From NCBI GenBank assembly GCA_963798085.1, contig CAWCRS010000001.1, positions 320,001-384,000 on the forward strand: a DNA stretch of 64,000 bases, in the 5' to 3' direction. Positions 35,834 through 45,171 of the stretch are shown one piece after another. The notes below the pieces were generated by a model. That model searched no databases and was not told the DNA's origin. It saw nothing but the letters and a program-made list of their open reading frames with translations. Made by a program: the position numbers and the translations under genes. The stretch's first letter is position 1; the number at the start of each line of letters is the position of its first letter. Source of the stretch: an uncultured Gemmatimonadales bacterium (lineage in GTDB: Bacteria > Gemmatimonadota > Gemmatimonadetes > Longimicrobiales > RSA9).

Positions 35834-36358
35834 TCAGTCGACGAACGCCCAGAGCAGCGCGCGGCTCTGCCGGTCCAGCTGGTGCGGATCGCCCAGCCGG
35901 TAGAGATCGCCGGTCACATCGCGGATGAGCAGGCCGCCATCGGGCAGGCGTCGCGGCCAGTCATCCAGTCGCGTCTGAAAGGTGCGCGTACCCTGCTGCG
36001 TGCGCACCTGCCAGTGGCGCAGCTCGACTTCTTCCTCGATTGCGACAACGCCTGCCACTTCGAACACGAAGTCAGTCTCCGCGAGCGCGCTGTCCAGCGC
36101 CTGCCGTGACGCCGCGTCCAGCTCGTCCGGATCCGCGATCAACGCGAGTTCCCTGCCATCCTCGTTGCGCAACGACAGAAAACGCGTCGGCTCCGACCAG
36201 GGAAAACAGCGGCCCACGCGCACAATGTGCTGTTCGTCGCGCAGCCGGGCGCACAGCCGGCCGTCCGCCAGTCGCTCCAGCTCCAGCCTCGCCGGATCGT
36301 TGACGGCTCTGATCGCAGGTTCATGCGACGCGTGCCGTACTGATGTCGTCGTCTTCAA
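35834..36358 (-). CDS. DUF1854 domain protein
   Basis: RCFPWSEP..LSL..DGRELALI, W.V.T.QG.R.F, LLIRD..G..Y..D...LD..SR.LL; GAGGAGG then TTG. Confidence 0.8.
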   Translation of the reverse strand: MKTTTSVRHASHEPAIRAVNDPARLELERLADGRLCARLRDEQHIVRVGRCFPWSEPTRFLSLRNEDGRELALIADPDELDAASRQALDSALAETDFVFEVAGVVAIEEEVELRHWQVRTQQGTRTFQTRLDDWPRRLPDGGLLIRDVTGDLYRLGDPHQLDRQSRALLWAFVD

Positions 36359-36367
36359 TCTGCCTCC

Positions 36368-38635
36368 TCATTGCAGCTGGAGCTGCAGCTCGTACAGGTG
36401 CCGGTAGCGGCCCTGCGGCAGCTGCATCAGCTCGTGATGGGTGCCCGCCTCGACCAGTCTTCCTTCCACGATCACGAACAGCCGCGACGCCCGCCGCAGT
36501 GTGGACAACCGGTGTGCAATGGCGAACACGGTGCGGCCCGCGATCAGGCGGTCGAGCGCCTGCTGGATCTCGCGCTCCGTTTCCGTGTCCACGCTGCTCG
36601 TCGCCTCATCCAGGATCAGGATACGCGGGTCGTGCAGGATGGCGCGCGCGATGGAGACACGCTGCCGCTCCCCGCCCGACAATGTCTGTCCGCGCTCGCC
36701 CACTACCGTCTCGTAACCGAACGGCAGCTTGCAGATGAAGTCGTGCGCGTTCGCCGCCCTCGCCGCCGCCACTACGGCCGTCAGCGGCGCATCCGGCAGG
36801 CCGTAACGGATGTTCTCCAGCACCGTCGCATGGAACAGATACGGATCCTGCAGCACGATGCCGATCTGCTGGCGCAGGTGTCCCGCGTCCAGCGTGCGCA
36901 CGTCCACGCCATCAATGCGCACCACACCGCCGCTCACGTCGTAGAAGCGCGCGATGAGATTCACCAGCGTCGACTTGCCGCCGCCCGATGGGCCGACCAG
37001 TCCGATCAGCTCGCCCGGCTGCACCTCGAAGCTCACGCCGCGCAGCACCTGGCGCACACCATCGTAGGCGAAGCTCACGTTCTCGAACGCGACGTGGCCG
37101 CGCACCGGCTCGAGGCGCACCGGCGCAACCGGCTCGCGCACTTCCGGCTCCGTGTCCAGCACCTCGAACACGCGATGCGCCGACGACGTGGCGCGGTGCA
37201 TTGTCCTCGCCATCTGCCCGATCACTTCGATCGGTGCAATGAACATCGTCGCGTACAGCAGGAACGAAACGAACGTCCCCGTCGACAGCGCCGCGCCCCC
37301 ACCCAGCAGCCGCGGCACGGCCAGCGCCCACACGACCACGGTGGTGGTGTGCACAGCCAGCAGCAGGAGCGGCCAGAATGTCGTCCACTTGCGGTGCACG
37401 CGATTGGCTTCGCCCGTCACGTCCTCGTTGTAGTCTTCGAAGCGCGCGATCTCCCTTGCCTCCTGGTTGAACGCCTTGACCACGCGCACACCCGGGATCG
37501 TGTCTGATAACACGTCGGTTACACGCGACCACTTGCGCCACGTGCGCAGGAACAGCGGGCTGATGGTCTCGCCGTGGCGGTAGATCAGCCAGCAGAAGCC
37601 AGGCGAGGGCAGCGTCATGACCAGACCCAGGCGCCAGTCCAGCGACAGCAGCACGGCGGAAAGTCCGAGCAGCATCACCATGGACAGCGACACGTCCACA
37701 ATGCCGAACGCGAGGAACTCCCAGATGCGATCGGTGTCCGTGGCCACACGCGTGATGAGGCTGCCCGTCTTCTTGCGCGAGAAGAAGGAGAGCGAGAGCC
37801 GCTGCATGTGCTCGAACAGCTGGCAGCGCAGATCACGCACCACGCACTCGCCCACCACCGACATCAGGCGCAGCCGCACCAGCGCGGCGCTCTGCCGGAC
37901 GATGTGCACCAGCGCCATCGCCAGCACCGCGAGCCACGCGATCCAGGCCGCACGACCCAGCGCGAGCGTGCCCTGCTGCGCCGGCCGGATGACGCGGTCG
38001 ATGAGCCGCCCCGCAATGAAGGGCGGCGCCATGCTCACGAGCGTGATGAGCGCGGCCGCGGCCATGCCCACGCCCAGCTGCCGGCGGTACGGACGCAGGT
38101 ACCCTAACAGACGGAACAGCACGGCTCCGGAGCGGCCGGCCACGAGCGCCTGCGTGTCGCGGATCGGTCGCGCCACCGCGTCCGCGTACTCGCGATCCGC
38201 ATCACCGGACGCCGCCGATCGTCCGGCCAGCCGCTCGTCCAGCACGAAGCGCAGGTTCTCGAACGCGCGCCGCTGCCGGTTCGTGTACCGGAGCACAGCC
38301 AGTGGCGCCTCACCCGGCGCCGCGAGCAGTGTGAGCGTCGTCGCCGACAATCCCTGCGCCTCGTGCAGCGCACGGATCTGACTGCGGGCGACGACACGTA
38401 CCTCTACCTCGCCGGCGGGATTCCGCAGCGCCACCGCGAGCTGCGTGCGGCTCAGCACCAGCCACGTCTCTGCCAGCTGGAAACGCTCGTCGAGATCGGC
38501 AAACGCGTAGAGCTGCACCCGCTCGCCGCCCCACGCCAATTCGATACGCGCGCGCAGCTCCGCCGGCAGCTCGGAGGGCTGGTCCGTGTAGCGCGCGATG
38601 ATGCGCTCGTCGATCTGCTGTATTGGTGTTTTCAT
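36368..38635 (-). CDS. ABC exporter (fused TMD-NBD) with N-terminal extension
   Basis: Walker A GPSGGGKS, LSGGERQR, ILDEATS, IAHRLST; ~170-aa soluble N-terminal domain. Confidence 0.92.
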   Translation of the reverse strand: MKTPIQQIDERIIARYTDQPSELPAELRARIELAWGGERVQLYAFADLDERFQLAETWLVLSRTQLAVALRNPAGEVEVRVVARSQIRALHEAQGLSATTLTLLAAPGEAPLAVLRYTNRQRRAFENLRFVLDERLAGRSAASGDADREYADAVARPIRDTQALVAGRSGAVLFRLLGYLRPYRRQLGVGMAAAALITLVSMAPPFIAGRLIDRVIRPAQQGTLALGRAAWIAWLAVLAMALVHIVRQSAALVRLRLMSVVGECVVRDLRCQLFEHMQRLSLSFFSRKKTGSLITRVATDTDRIWEFLAFGIVDVSLSMVMLLGLSAVLLSLDWRLGLVMTLPSPGFCWLIYRHGETISPLFLRTWRKWSRVTDVLSDTIPGVRVVKAFNQEAREIARFEDYNEDVTGEANRVHRKWTTFWPLLLLAVHTTTVVVWALAVPRLLGGGAALSTGTFVSFLLYATMFIAPIEVIGQMARTMHRATSSAHRVFEVLDTEPEVREPVAPVRLEPVRGHVAFENVSFAYDGVRQVLRGVSFEVQPGELIGLVGPSGGGKSTLVNLIARFYDVSGGVVRIDGVDVRTLDAGHLRQQIGIVLQDPYLFHATVLENIRYGLPDAPLTAVVAAARAANAHDFICKLPFGYETVVGERGQTLSGGERQRVSIARAILHDPRILILDEATSSVDTETEREIQQALDRLIAGRTVFAIAHRLSTLRRASRLFVIVEGRLVEAGTHHELMQLPQGRYRHLYELQLQLQ

Positions 38636-39007
38636 GCTCGTGATCGTTCGGGGTTCGTGAAACAGAACGGCCTCCCGGGTGGCTGCTGGAGCACCCGGAA
38701 GGCCGGATCACGTGCATGCCGGCTGGTCTTCTAGGGCGCTCTTCGTCTGGTCAGGCGATCGATGGATGCAATACGCCCGCGGACTCCCTGCATCGGTCCG
38801 GCGCGGCGCACGAATCGCCGCGCGACCTGGACGAGGAGCCGCCTGAGCGTATGGGTGTGTTCGAGCTTGATCATGGCCCTTCCGCAGTGACGAAATTGCT
38901 GCTGGTGAGAATGACAACGCCTGGCGCTCCGTGTTTGTGACGGCCACCCTGCAGCCGCCTCGCACGACGCCGGCTGTCGCCTCGCCTCGCCCTGTCGCCA
39001 GATTCCC

Positions 39008-39033
39008 GTAACGTTTCCCGGCGCCTGCCTGTC
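39008..39033 (+). promoter_or_regulatory. Candidate ECF sigma autoregulatory promoter
   Basis: GTAAC-N17-TGTC about 20 bp upstream of the ECF sigma start; fits the general ECF AAC...GTC pattern. Confidence 0.5.
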
Positions 39034-39053
39034 CCTCCTGCAGGCATGAAGGC

Positions 39054-39653
39054 ATGACTGCGAACACCGGACACGACAGCACGGCAACCGCGCAGCTCGA
39101 GCCGACCGATGCGCATCTCGTGATGCGCGCCCGCGCCGATGATGCGACTGCGTTTGCCCAGCTGGTGCGCCGCCATTACCGGGCGGCGTACGTGGTCGCG
39201 CTCGCCCTGATGCGCAACCGCGCGGATGCGGAGGACGTCTGCCATGACGCCTTCATCCGTGCCGCCACGCATCTGGAGGAATGCCGGCAGCCCGACCGTT
39301 TCGCGCACTGGCTGCTGGTCATCGTGCGCAATCACGCGCGCAACGTGCACGGGCGAGAGACCGTGCGGCAGGCTGCGCCGCTCGAGCCCGGCCTGGCGGA
39401 CAGCCACGAGGATGTGGCGCGCAACAGCGATCGGGCCCGGCTGCGCGGCCGGCTGGAACAGGCGCTGGCGCAACTCGATCCGCACCAGCGCGAGGTGCTG
39501 CTGCTGCACGATCTCGAAGGCTGGACGCACGACGACATCGCCGAAGCCGCCGGCATTTCCGCTGTGAACTCGCGCCAGCAGCTGTTCCGCGCGCGACGTC
39601 GCCTGCGCGAGCTGCTGGGACCCGGACTGCTGCGGGAGTATTTCCATGGATGA
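39054..39653 (+). CDS. ECF RNA polymerase sigma factor
   Basis: AFAQLVRRH, DAEDVCHDAF, FAHWL..IVRN, REVLLLHDLEG..EA.GIS..LFRAR. Confidence 0.92.
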   Translation: MTANTGHDSTATAQLEPTDAHLVMRARADDATAFAQLVRRHYRAAYVVALALMRNRADAEDVCHDAFIRAATHLEECRQPDRFAHWLLVIVRNHARNVHGRETVRQAAPLEPGLADSHEDVARNSDRARLRGRLEQALAQLDPHQREVLLLHDLEGWTHDDIAEAAGISAVNSRQQLFRARRRLRELLGPGLLREYFHG

Positions 39654-40134
39654 CGAAACGCCCGGCCGCGAGCCGGCACCAGTCGACCTCTCCGGACTCG
39701 ATCCCACGCGCGACGCGCGTGCTTTCGAGCATACCGTGCGCGCCATCACGCAGGATGCGATGGCCGCGCGCCGGGCGCACGCGGGCGCCGCCTCGCCCAT
39801 CGCCGGCGAGGCCCGGCCGGTCCGCGCGGTGCACGCCGGATCGGAACCGGCCGATAATACGCTGTTATGGCCGCTGCTGGGCTGGCGCCGCCCCATTCTG
39901 GCGGCGGCCGCGCTCGTCGTGGTCATCACCGTGCCGACGCTGTGGCTCGTGCGCATGCCGCCGGCCGCGCCCAATGTTCTCGACGCACCAAGCGCGAAGC
40001 CGGCCACCGTGGCGCAGGCACTGGGCATTCCCAACGCTCTTGCCCGCTGGATCCTGCAGGACCGCATACCGACACCCGCCGAACTGGTGGGCTCGCTGAA
40101 CACGCCCGGCGACTGGACCAGCCGCCAACCCTGA
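39646..40134 (+). CDS. Putative anti-sigma factor (single TM)
   Basis: Overlaps the sigma gene end; one TM (PILAAAALVVVI); positional inference. Confidence 0.65.
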   Translation: MDDETPGREPAPVDLSGLDPTRDARAFEHTVRAITQDAMAARRAHAGAASPIAGEARPVRAVHAGSEPADNTLLWPLLGWRRPILAAAALVVVITVPTLWLVRMPPAAPNVLDAPSAKPATVAQALGIPNALARWILQDRIPTPAELVGSLNTPGDWTSRQP

Positions 40135-40152
40135 AGCACAAAGGAGAGAATC

Positions 40153-40686
40153 ATGGGAACCGTCGAATCACTGGGCAGCATCCCGCTGCGCGCCACGCTG
40201 CTGCTGGTCGTCACGTTCGTCGCCGGCGGCCTCGTGGGCGGCAGCATCGACCGCATCACGATGGTCACGCGCGCCCACCGCGAGTCGCTGGAGCCCGTCG
40301 TGGTAACGGGTCACGCCACGGGATTCGCCTACGCCGATGACTCCTCATCGAAACAGGCGAGCGGGCGCGCTGAACAGCGACTCGAGTATGCTGTGGCCGG
40401 CGAGAGCGCGATTCCCGAACAGTTCGAACGTCTCGGCCTGAGCGAGCTCCAGCAGAATCAGATGCGAAAGATCCTCGGTTCCAGCCGGCCCGAGGCGGAG
40501 ACGATTCTGCGTGAGAGCCTGCCCCGCCTGCGCAACATCACCGTGGAGACCTATCAGAAGCTGGTTTGTGTGCTCAACGCCGGGCAGCGCAAGGAACTCG
40601 CGAGCTGGCGCGACGCATCCGGCCTGAATGCGGGCGAAACCCGCGAATGGCTGCAGCGCGCCAACACGTCCGAGTGCAGCCGCTGA
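40153..40686 (+). CDS. Periplasmic Spy/CpxP-like accessory protein
   Basis: LLLVVTFVAGGLVG anchor; LGLSELQ and LNAGQ (LTxxQ-like) motifs; AAGGAG RBS. Confidence 0.6.
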   Translation: MGTVESLGSIPLRATLLLVVTFVAGGLVGGSIDRITMVTRAHRESLEPVVVTGHATGFAYADDSSSKQASGRAEQRLEYAVAGESAIPEQFERLGLSELQQNQMRKILGSSRPEAETILRESLPRLRNITVETYQKLVCVLNAGQRKELASWRDASGLNAGETREWLQRANTSECSR

Positions 40687-40771
40687 GCCATCCGGCGTGG
40701 GCGCTGCCCGGCCAGGGCAGCACCATGGATGCGCTCGGCGCTGCCTTCCTGCCGATCGACATCCCGCGAGC

Positions 40772-40876
40772 TGCGCCCTTGCTCTGATGCTGCTCGTTAC
40801 CTGCGTCAGCGGGGGACTGGTGCCCGCCCGGTGTGCCGCGCAGATTCAGCCGGTCATCGCGTTGCGCAACGAGTGA
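40772..40876 (+). pseudogene. 3' remnant of an ADOP permease
   Basis: Frame reads CALALMLLVTCVSGGLVPARCAAQIQPVIALRNE*, matching the permease C-terminal PARRA.R.DP..ALR.E motif. Confidence 0.7.
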
Positions 40877-40942
40877 CACGCGGCTGCACAATGTCACGCG
40901 CCGCGGAACGCAATTCCGCAACCCGCGCGTACAGGAGCCGCC

Positions 40943-41641
40943 GTGGAACGCCCCGTGCTGATGCCTACCACCGCTGTCGGCGAAACCTTTGCCGGCGTCA
41001 CCTACCATCTCGATGGTGAGCTGGTCCCCGTGCTCACCGTCGACCTGCGCGCCGGCCTGAGCGTGTACTTCGAGCACCACGTGCTGCTCTGGAAGCACCC
41101 GCACGTGAGCATCGAGCTGCGCGCCATGAAGGGCATGGTCAAGCGCATGCTCGCCGGCATCCAGGTGTTCGTCACGGAAGCGAGCGGCGACGGCCAGATC
41201 GCCTTCAGCCGCGACGGCGCCGGCCACATCGTGGCGCTGCACCTCGAGGCGGGCGAAGAAGTCCACGTGCGCGAACACCAGTTCCTGGCCGCAACCAGCA
41301 ACATCGACTACGCCTTCGAGCGCGTCCAGGGCATCTCTAACCTGCTGTTTGGCGGCAGCGGCTTCTTCATCGACCGCTTCCACGGCCACCGCGGCGAAGG
41401 CATCCTCTGGCTGCACGGCTACGGCAACGTCTTCGAGAAGCGCCTGGCCGCCGGCGAAGCCATCGACGTGGAGCCCGGCGGCTGGCTCTACAAGGACCCG
41501 TCCGTGCGCATGGAAACCAACATGCAACGCCTCTCCACCGGCTTCCTCGCCGGCACCAACCTGGTCATGAACCGCTTCACCGGCCCCGGCCGCGTCGCCA
41601 TCCAGTCCATGTACTTCCACATGCCCAGCGAAGGAAAGTGA
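40943..41641 (+). CDS. AIM24 family protein
   Basis: REHQFLAAT, GGSGFFIDRF, LWLHGYGNVFE, FTGPGRVAIQSM; AGGAG then GTG. Confidence 0.88.
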   Translation: MERPVLMPTTAVGETFAGVTYHLDGELVPVLTVDLRAGLSVYFEHHVLLWKHPHVSIELRAMKGMVKRMLAGIQVFVTEASGDGQIAFSRDGAGHIVALHLEAGEEVHVREHQFLAATSNIDYAFERVQGISNLLFGGSGFFIDRFHGHRGEGILWLHGYGNVFEKRLAAGEAIDVEPGGWLYKDPSVRMETNMQRLSTGFLAGTNLVMNRFTGPGRVAIQSMYFHMPSEGK

Positions 41642-41664
41642 TATCGGACCGTCCAGCCTGAAAT

Positions 41665-41799
41665 GTCGGACCGTCTTTGAATCCTTTCCTTCTGCCACAG
41701 GCGCGCATGTTTGCATGGCGACAACGGCCGCGCTGTCCCGAATCTCCGCGCAGTCCATGGCCGGCCGGGCCAGAACGCAAGAACGCAAAGACGGTCCGA
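41665..41799. repeat. Inverted-repeat doublet, copy C
   Basis: GTCGGACCGTCTTTG (41665-41679) and GAACGCAAAGACGGTCCGA (41781-41799); extra half-site TCGGACCGTC at 41644. Confidence 0.72.
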
Positions 41800-41813
41800 T
41801 CCCTTGCCAGAAA

Positions 41814-41845
41814 TATCGGAAGTCGATAAATATCGGATCTCGATA
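41814..41845. promoter_or_regulatory. Tandem palindromic operator candidate
   Basis: TATCG-N5-CGATA twice (41814-41828, 41831-41845), directly after TTGCCA (-35-like, 41804-41809). Confidence 0.55.
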
Positions 41846-42048
41846 ACTGGCCGCGCTCCACCGCACCACACCCGCCGGCCAGCGCAACGGATACGCACCG
41901 GCAATGTCGCGGGCCCAGGCGCAACGACTTCATCGTCTGGCCGCCTGCGTCGAGTATCCCATCCGTCAGCGGTCGCGGGCCGGAGGAGATCGCGCCGGAA
42001 CGCGAAGAGCAGCGTCGCCTTCATCATGGCAGCTACGAGGCAATACGC

Positions 42049-42396
42049 ATGGCCCGACGCGATGAAGCCGTACTCAGCCGCTCCGCCTGGCTCATCCTGC
42101 TGGCGCTCGCGGACCAGCCCCGCCACGGCCTGGGCATCATGGACGAGGTGGATGCACGCACGGACGGTGCTGTGCGGCTCGGGCCGGGCACGCTCTACAC
42201 CACGCTGAAGCGCCTGGTCGACAATGGGCACATCCGCGAAACCACGCACGTGCCCGACCCTGACGATCACGATCCGCGCCGGCGCTACTACCGGATCACT
42301 CCGCGCGGACTCGCGGCGCTGCGCGAGGAGACGGCGCAGCTGCAGCGCCTGCTCGACATCGCTGCCGTGAAGCGTGTGCTGCGGACCTCGCCATGA
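42049..42396 (+). CDS. PadR family transcriptional regulator
   Basis: LILLALADQPRHGLGI..LGPGTLY..DPRRRYYRITP.G. Confidence 0.92.
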   Translation: MARRDEAVLSRSAWLILLALADQPRHGLGIMDEVDARTDGAVRLGPGTLYTTLKRLVDNGHIRETTHVPDPDDHDPRRRYYRITPRGLAALREETAQLQRLLDIAAVKRVLRTSP

Positions 42397-45054
42397 GTGA
42401 GCGTCGCGTGCCGGGCTGGGTGCGTGCGCTGGCGAGGGTGTGTCTGGTGGCGTACTCCCGCGGGTTTCAACGCGAGCGGGCAGCGGAGTACCTCGACGCG
42501 GCCAGTCATTGCTGGCGGCGCGAGCGTGCACACCATGGTGCTGCCGGCGCGGCGTTGCGCACAGTGCGCGTGCTCGTGTTCGACACGCTGCGTGCGGCGC
42601 CTGCAACCTGGCGTGTGCCGCGCGCCCGCGATGCGTCACTTCATGTGCCGCGGCGCGCCGCTCGTGAGCGCTTCGGCTGGCTGCGCGGACTCGTCAGCGA
42701 AACGCGACTCGCCGTGCGCGTGCTGGCGCGCCGTCCGGGATTCGCGCTTCTGGTTTCGTGCACGCTGGGACTCGGTATCGGCGCGAGCACCGCGCTCTTC
42801 GGCGCGCTCGACCATGTGGCGCTGCATCCGTTGCCCTATCCCAATGGCGACCGGATGGTCTATCTGTCCATGCGTCACGAGCAGCGCGGCTGGCGCTTCA
42901 CACCGCCGGTCGCATTGATCGAGCTGTGGCGGGCGCGCGCACACACGCTGGAGCGCATCGAGGGCTGGTATCCGGGGCAGTCGGTGTGGCAGGGGCCGCA
43001 GGGCGCGCGGCTGATCCGGGTCGTCTCCGTCACGCCCGGGCTTCCTGACATGCTGCGGCTGCGCCCGCTGCTCGGGCGCTCGCCTTCGGTGCAGGAATCG
43101 GCGCCGGGTGCGCCGCCGCTCGCGCTGCTGTCGGAAGGGTTCTGGCGATCGGCATTCGGCGGAAGCGCCGACGTCGTGGGTCGGACGCTGACGCTCGATG
43201 ACACGGCGTTCACTGTCGCAGGCGTGTGGCCCGCCGCGGCGAGGCTCGAGCCGAAGAGCGCGGCCAATGTGATCCGCGTCCTGCCCGCCGGCACGCGCGG
43301 TGCCGCGGCGGAGTTCGGCTACATGCTCGGTCTGGTGCGACGCGGCGCGGCCGGCGAACAGGTCCGCTCGGAGTTGAGCGCCCTCACGCAGACGGCCGGA
43401 ACCGGCATCAATCTGCCCGACGGTGTGGTGCCTGATGTGCTGGCGCCGGCCGGATTCCTGGGCAAGGTCTACCAGCAGAGCATCTGGATCGTGTTCGGCG
43501 GCGGCATCCTGCTGCTCCTGGTGGCAGTTCTCGATTCGACTAACCTGCTGTCAGGCCGGGCCATCACGCGTGACGCCGAGTTCGGCGTGCGTCTGGCGCT
43601 GGGCGGCTCTTCCGGTGCGCTCCTGCGACTCTTTCTGCTGGAAAGCAGTATCCTCACCCTGGCGGGCCTGTTGATCGCGCTGCTTGTGGCGCGCGCCGGG
43701 CGCGTCTGGCTGGCGGCCGTCCAGCCGCGCGGCATGACGCCTCTGCAGGGCGATGCCCTGGGCCCGCGCGCGCTCGGCTGGGCCGCTGCACTCGCTGTCT
43801 TCGCTGCACTGTGCTGTGCCATCGTGCCGGCGCTCCGCGTGCGCGCTGCTGCCGTGCCGCAGCTGCTGCGCACCTCCAGTGCGCGCGCGGGTGAAGCGGC
43901 GCAGCGCGCGCGCGCTGTCATCGTCGCGCTCCAGGTGGGACTCGCGATTCTCCTGCTCAGCGGCGCCGCCCTGACGTTGCGCAGTTTCCACCGGCTCTCG
44001 CATATCGACACCGGCGTCGCCGTGAGCGAGCTGGTCGAGTTCAGCGTGCAGCTGCCGCAGCCGCGCTACCCGTCGGACGCCGCGCGCCTCGCCTTCAATG
44101 ATGATCTCGTGCGGCGACTGGGCCGGCTGCCGGGCGTGCGCGCCGTGTCCATGGCGGGATCCCCGCTCATGCGCTTCTCCGGCGGCCCGGTGCCCGGCTT
44201 CGACGGGCAGCCGAACGACAATGCGGCCGCGTTCGCTTCATCCATCAATGTGCTTCCCGGCTATCTCGCAGCGGTCGGCACGTCGCTGCTCGCCGGTCAC
44301 GATTTCGACCGGGCCACACCACACGAGATGATCGTCAACAGCGCGTTTGCAAGGGCGCACGGCGGTGACGTCGTCGGCCACACGCTGCAGTTCGCGGGCG
44401 ACAGCATCGTGCACCGCATTGTGGGTGTCGCCGGGAATGTGCGTTCCTATGGCCTGGACGACCGGGACGACCGCATCCAGCTGTATTCCGCGGACTTCGG
44501 TCTGCCGGCCGGCGCATGGCAGCGATTCGTCGTGCGCACCAGCGGGCCCACGCGCGAGCTGCCGCACCAGATCGGGAGCGCCGTGGCGGCCATCGATTCG
44601 AACCTGCCCTTGCGCGACGCGAGCAGCGCGACCGACCTCGTACGCGAGAATGACCGCCAACCAGCGCTTCCTCGCACTGCTGCTCGCCGTGGCCGGCGCC
44701 GTCGCGCTGCTCCTCGCCCTGACAGGAGTGTATGGCGTGGTCGCGCTCAATGTGAGCCGCCGCACGCGTGAGATCGGTGTGCGCGCGGCACTCGGCGCGG
44801 ACACCGCGCGAGTCGTGTCCGACGTATTGCGCGGAGCGCTGCTCCCCGTGCTGGCGGGCGCACTGGCAGGAACCTGCGGCGCACTCATCGCCATGGGCTG
44901 GCTCGAAGGCGTGCTGTACCGCGTGCCCGCGCGCGATCCGCTCAGCATCGCCGCCGCCGTCTCGCTGCTGCTCGCGACAGCGGTGGCCGCGTGCTCCATC
45001 CCGGCACGCCGCGCCAGCCGCATCGACCCAATGGTTGCGCTGCGCAGCGACTGA
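42393..45054 (+). pseudogene. ADOP permease with a single frameshift near 44649 (pseudogene or sequencing error)
   Basis: First frame is permease-like to DLVRE; the remainder (MTANQRFL..RTREIGVRAALGA..IDPMVALRSD) is in the next frame; removing one A from GAGAATG restores it. Confidence 0.82.
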
Positions 45055-45171
45055 CACGGTTGCTTCGCTCCGGCCGGGCGTGCAGCTTGTGCAGCAGGCT
45101 GACCGCGCGCAGCCGTACTGCGGCGCAGCGCGCCATCGGCTCGCACGCGTCTTCCACCCGTGAGTGATTGC

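Noticed and set aside
36368..38635. ABC protein as the missing ATPase for the orphan permeases
   Set aside because: It is a fused TMD-NBD exporter, not a stand-alone MacB/LolD-type ATPase.
38731..38874. 47-aa ORF MIKLEHTH... upstream of the ABC exporter as a leader or substrate peptide
   Set aside because: No recognisable motif and Arg-rich composition typical of spurious GC-rich frames; unsupported.
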